Assembly: GCA_002269645.1 (NCBI GenBank) | Contig: NIVC01002298.1 | Span: 87,970 to 151,969, forward strand | Source of the DNA: Macrostomum lignano | Lineage: Eukaryota | Direction: 5' to 3' | DNA length: 64,000 nucleotides | Shown: piece after piece, positions 62,075 through 64,000 of the stretch | How the letters are laid out: each line of letters starts with the position of its first letter | Position numbering within the stretch: the first letter of the stretch is position 1 | Notes under the pieces: model-generated | Seen by the model: only the letters and a program-made list of their open reading frames with translations | Database searches by the model: none | Told to the model about the DNA's origin: nothing | Program-made: the position numbers and the translations under genes

Positions 62075-64000
62075 TTTAGGGGGTGCTGTTTTGAGGTGGG
62101 TGCTTTTTAGGGGTGGCTGTTTAGGGGTGGCTGTTTAGGGGTGGCTGTTTAGGGGTGCCTTTTTAGGGGTGGCTGTTTAGGGTGGCTGTTTAGGGTGCTG
62201 TTTAGGGGTGGCTGTTTAGGGGTGGCTGTTTAGGGGTGGCTGTTTAGGGGTGGCTGTTTAGGGGTGGCTGTTTAGGGGTGGCTGTTTAGGGTGCTGTTTA
62301 GGGGTGGCTGTTTAGGGGTGGCTGTTTAGGGGTGGCTGTTTAGGGGTGGCTGTTTAGGGGTGGCTGTTTAGGGGTGGCTGTTTAGGGGTGGCTGTTTAGG
62401 GTGCTGTTTAGGGGTGGCTGTTTAGGGGTGGCTGTTCAGGGGTGGCTTTTTAGGGTGGCTGTTTAGGGGTGGCTGTTTACGGGTGGCTGTTTAGGGTGCT
62501 GTTTAGGGGTGGCTGTTTAGGGTGCTGTTTAGGGGTGGCTTTTTAGGGGTGGCTGTTTAGGGGTGGCTGTTTAGGGGTGCCTTTTTAGGGATGGCTGTTT
62601 AGGGTGCTGTTTAGGGTGCTGTTTAGGGGTGGCTGTTTAGGGTGCTGTTTAGGGGTGGCTTTTTAGGGGTGGCTGTTTAGGGGTGGCTGTTTAGGGGTGG
62701 CTGTTTTGGGGTGGCTATTTAGGGGTGGCTGTTTAGGGGTGGCTTTTTAGGGGTGGCTGTTTAGGGGTGGCTGTTTAGGGTGGCTGTTTAGGGGTGGCTG
62801 TTTAGGGGTGGCTGTTTAGGGGTGGCTGCTTAGGGGTGGCTGTTTTAGGGTGGCTGTTTAGGGGTGGCTGTTTAGGGGTGGCTGTTTAGGGGTGGCTGTT
62901 TAGGGGTGGCTGTTTAGGGGTGGCTGTTTAGGGGTGGCTGTTTAGGGGTGGCTGTTTAGGGTGGCTGTTTAGGGGTGGCTGTTTAGGGGTGGCTGTTTAG
63001 GGGTGGCTGTTTAGGGGTGGCTGTTTAGGGGTGGCTGTTTAGGGGTGCCTTTTTAGGGATGGCTGTTTAGGGTGCTGTTTAGGGGTGGCTGTTTAGATGC
63101 TGTTTAGGGGTGGCTGTTTAGGGTGCTGTTTAGGGGTGGCTTTTTAGGGGTGGCTGTTTAGGGGTGGCTGTTTAGGGGTGGCTGTTTAGGGGTGGCTTTT
63201 TAGGGTACTGTTTAGGGGTGGCTGTTTAGGGGTGGCTTTTTAGGGGTGGCTGTTTAGGGGTGGCTGTTTAGGGTGGCTGTTTAGGGTGGTGTTTAGGGGT
63301 GGCTGTTTAGGGTGGTGTTTAGGGGTGGCTGTTTAGGGGTGGCTGTTTAGGGGTGGCTATTTAGGGGTGGCTGTTTAGGGTGGCTGTTTAGGGTGGCTGT
63401 TTAGGGGTGGCTGTTTAGGGGTGGCTGTTTAGGGTGCTGTTTAGGGGTGGCTGTTTAGGGGTGGCTGTTTAGGGGTGCTTTTTTAGGGGTGGCTGTTTAG
63501 GGGTGGCTGTTTAGGGTGTGTTTAGGGGTGGCTGTTTAGGGGTGGCTGTTTAGGGGTGGCTGTTTAGGGGTGGCTGTTTAGGGGTGGCTGTTTAGGGGTG
63601 GCTGTTTAGGGTGGCTGTTTAGGGGTGGCTGTTTAGGGGTGGCTGTTTAGGGGTGGCTGTTTAGGGTGCTGTTTAGGGGTGGCTGTTTAGGGGTGGCTGT
63701 TTAGGGGTGCCTTTTTAGGGGTGGCTGTTTAGGGGTGGCTGTTTAGGGGTGCCTTTTTAGGGATGGCTGTTTAGGGTGCTTTTTAGGGGTGGCTGTTTAG
63801 GGTGGCTGTTTAGGGGTGGCTGTTCAGGGTGGCTGTTTAGGGTGCTGTTTAGGGGTGCTGTTTAAGGTGCTATTTAGGGTGCTTTTTAGGGGTGCTGTAT
63901 AGGGTGGCTGTTCAGGGTGGCTGTTTAGGGGTGGCTGTTCAAGGTGCGGTGCTATTTAGGGTGGCTGTTTAGGGTGCTGTTTAGGGATGGCTGTTCAGGG
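62075..64000 (+). repeat. 14-bp G-rich array (tttaggggtggctg), about 135 copies, running off the window; each unit contains TTAGGG
   Basis: Read directly. Confidence 0.97.

Overview
Eukaryotic (metazoan) genomic DNA with spliceosomal introns, GC-rich exons and very abundant micro/minisatellites. The style resembles the flatworm Macrostomum lignano, but this is inference, not a database result. Genes on the + strand: a complete 5-exon EHD-family endocytic ATPase (32916-39793), a 4-exon polyprenol reductase SRD5A3 (41739-44045), a 2-exon SNIP1 with no genomic in-frame start codon for its N-terminal domain (about 50865-53648), and a claudin-like 4-TM protein with a low-complexity tail (about 57376-59128). 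A probable single-exon 2-TM orphan gene lies on the - strand (18123-18821). Mobile DNA: two full-length DD34D mariner copies with TIRs and TA target sites, a 5'-truncated RTE-like LINE interrupted by a hAT MITE with an 8-bp TSD, an LTR-retroelement-like segment, a probable tRNA-derived SINE and a second hAT-like MITE. More than 25 distinct tandem arrays generate most of the long ORFs in the track, which are artefacts. Most notable: (1) two separate clusters of three tRNA-Leu primer-binding-site-like motifs; (2) a TE fragment that has lost all 19 CpGs relative to its neighbouring paralogue; (3) SNIP1 possibly taking its AUG from a spliced leader; (4) nearly every intron filled by its own minisatellite, many sharing an RATCCC core; (5) a multi-hairpin domain inside the LTR-like element. 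No CRISPR array, rRNA or intact tRNA gene was seen.
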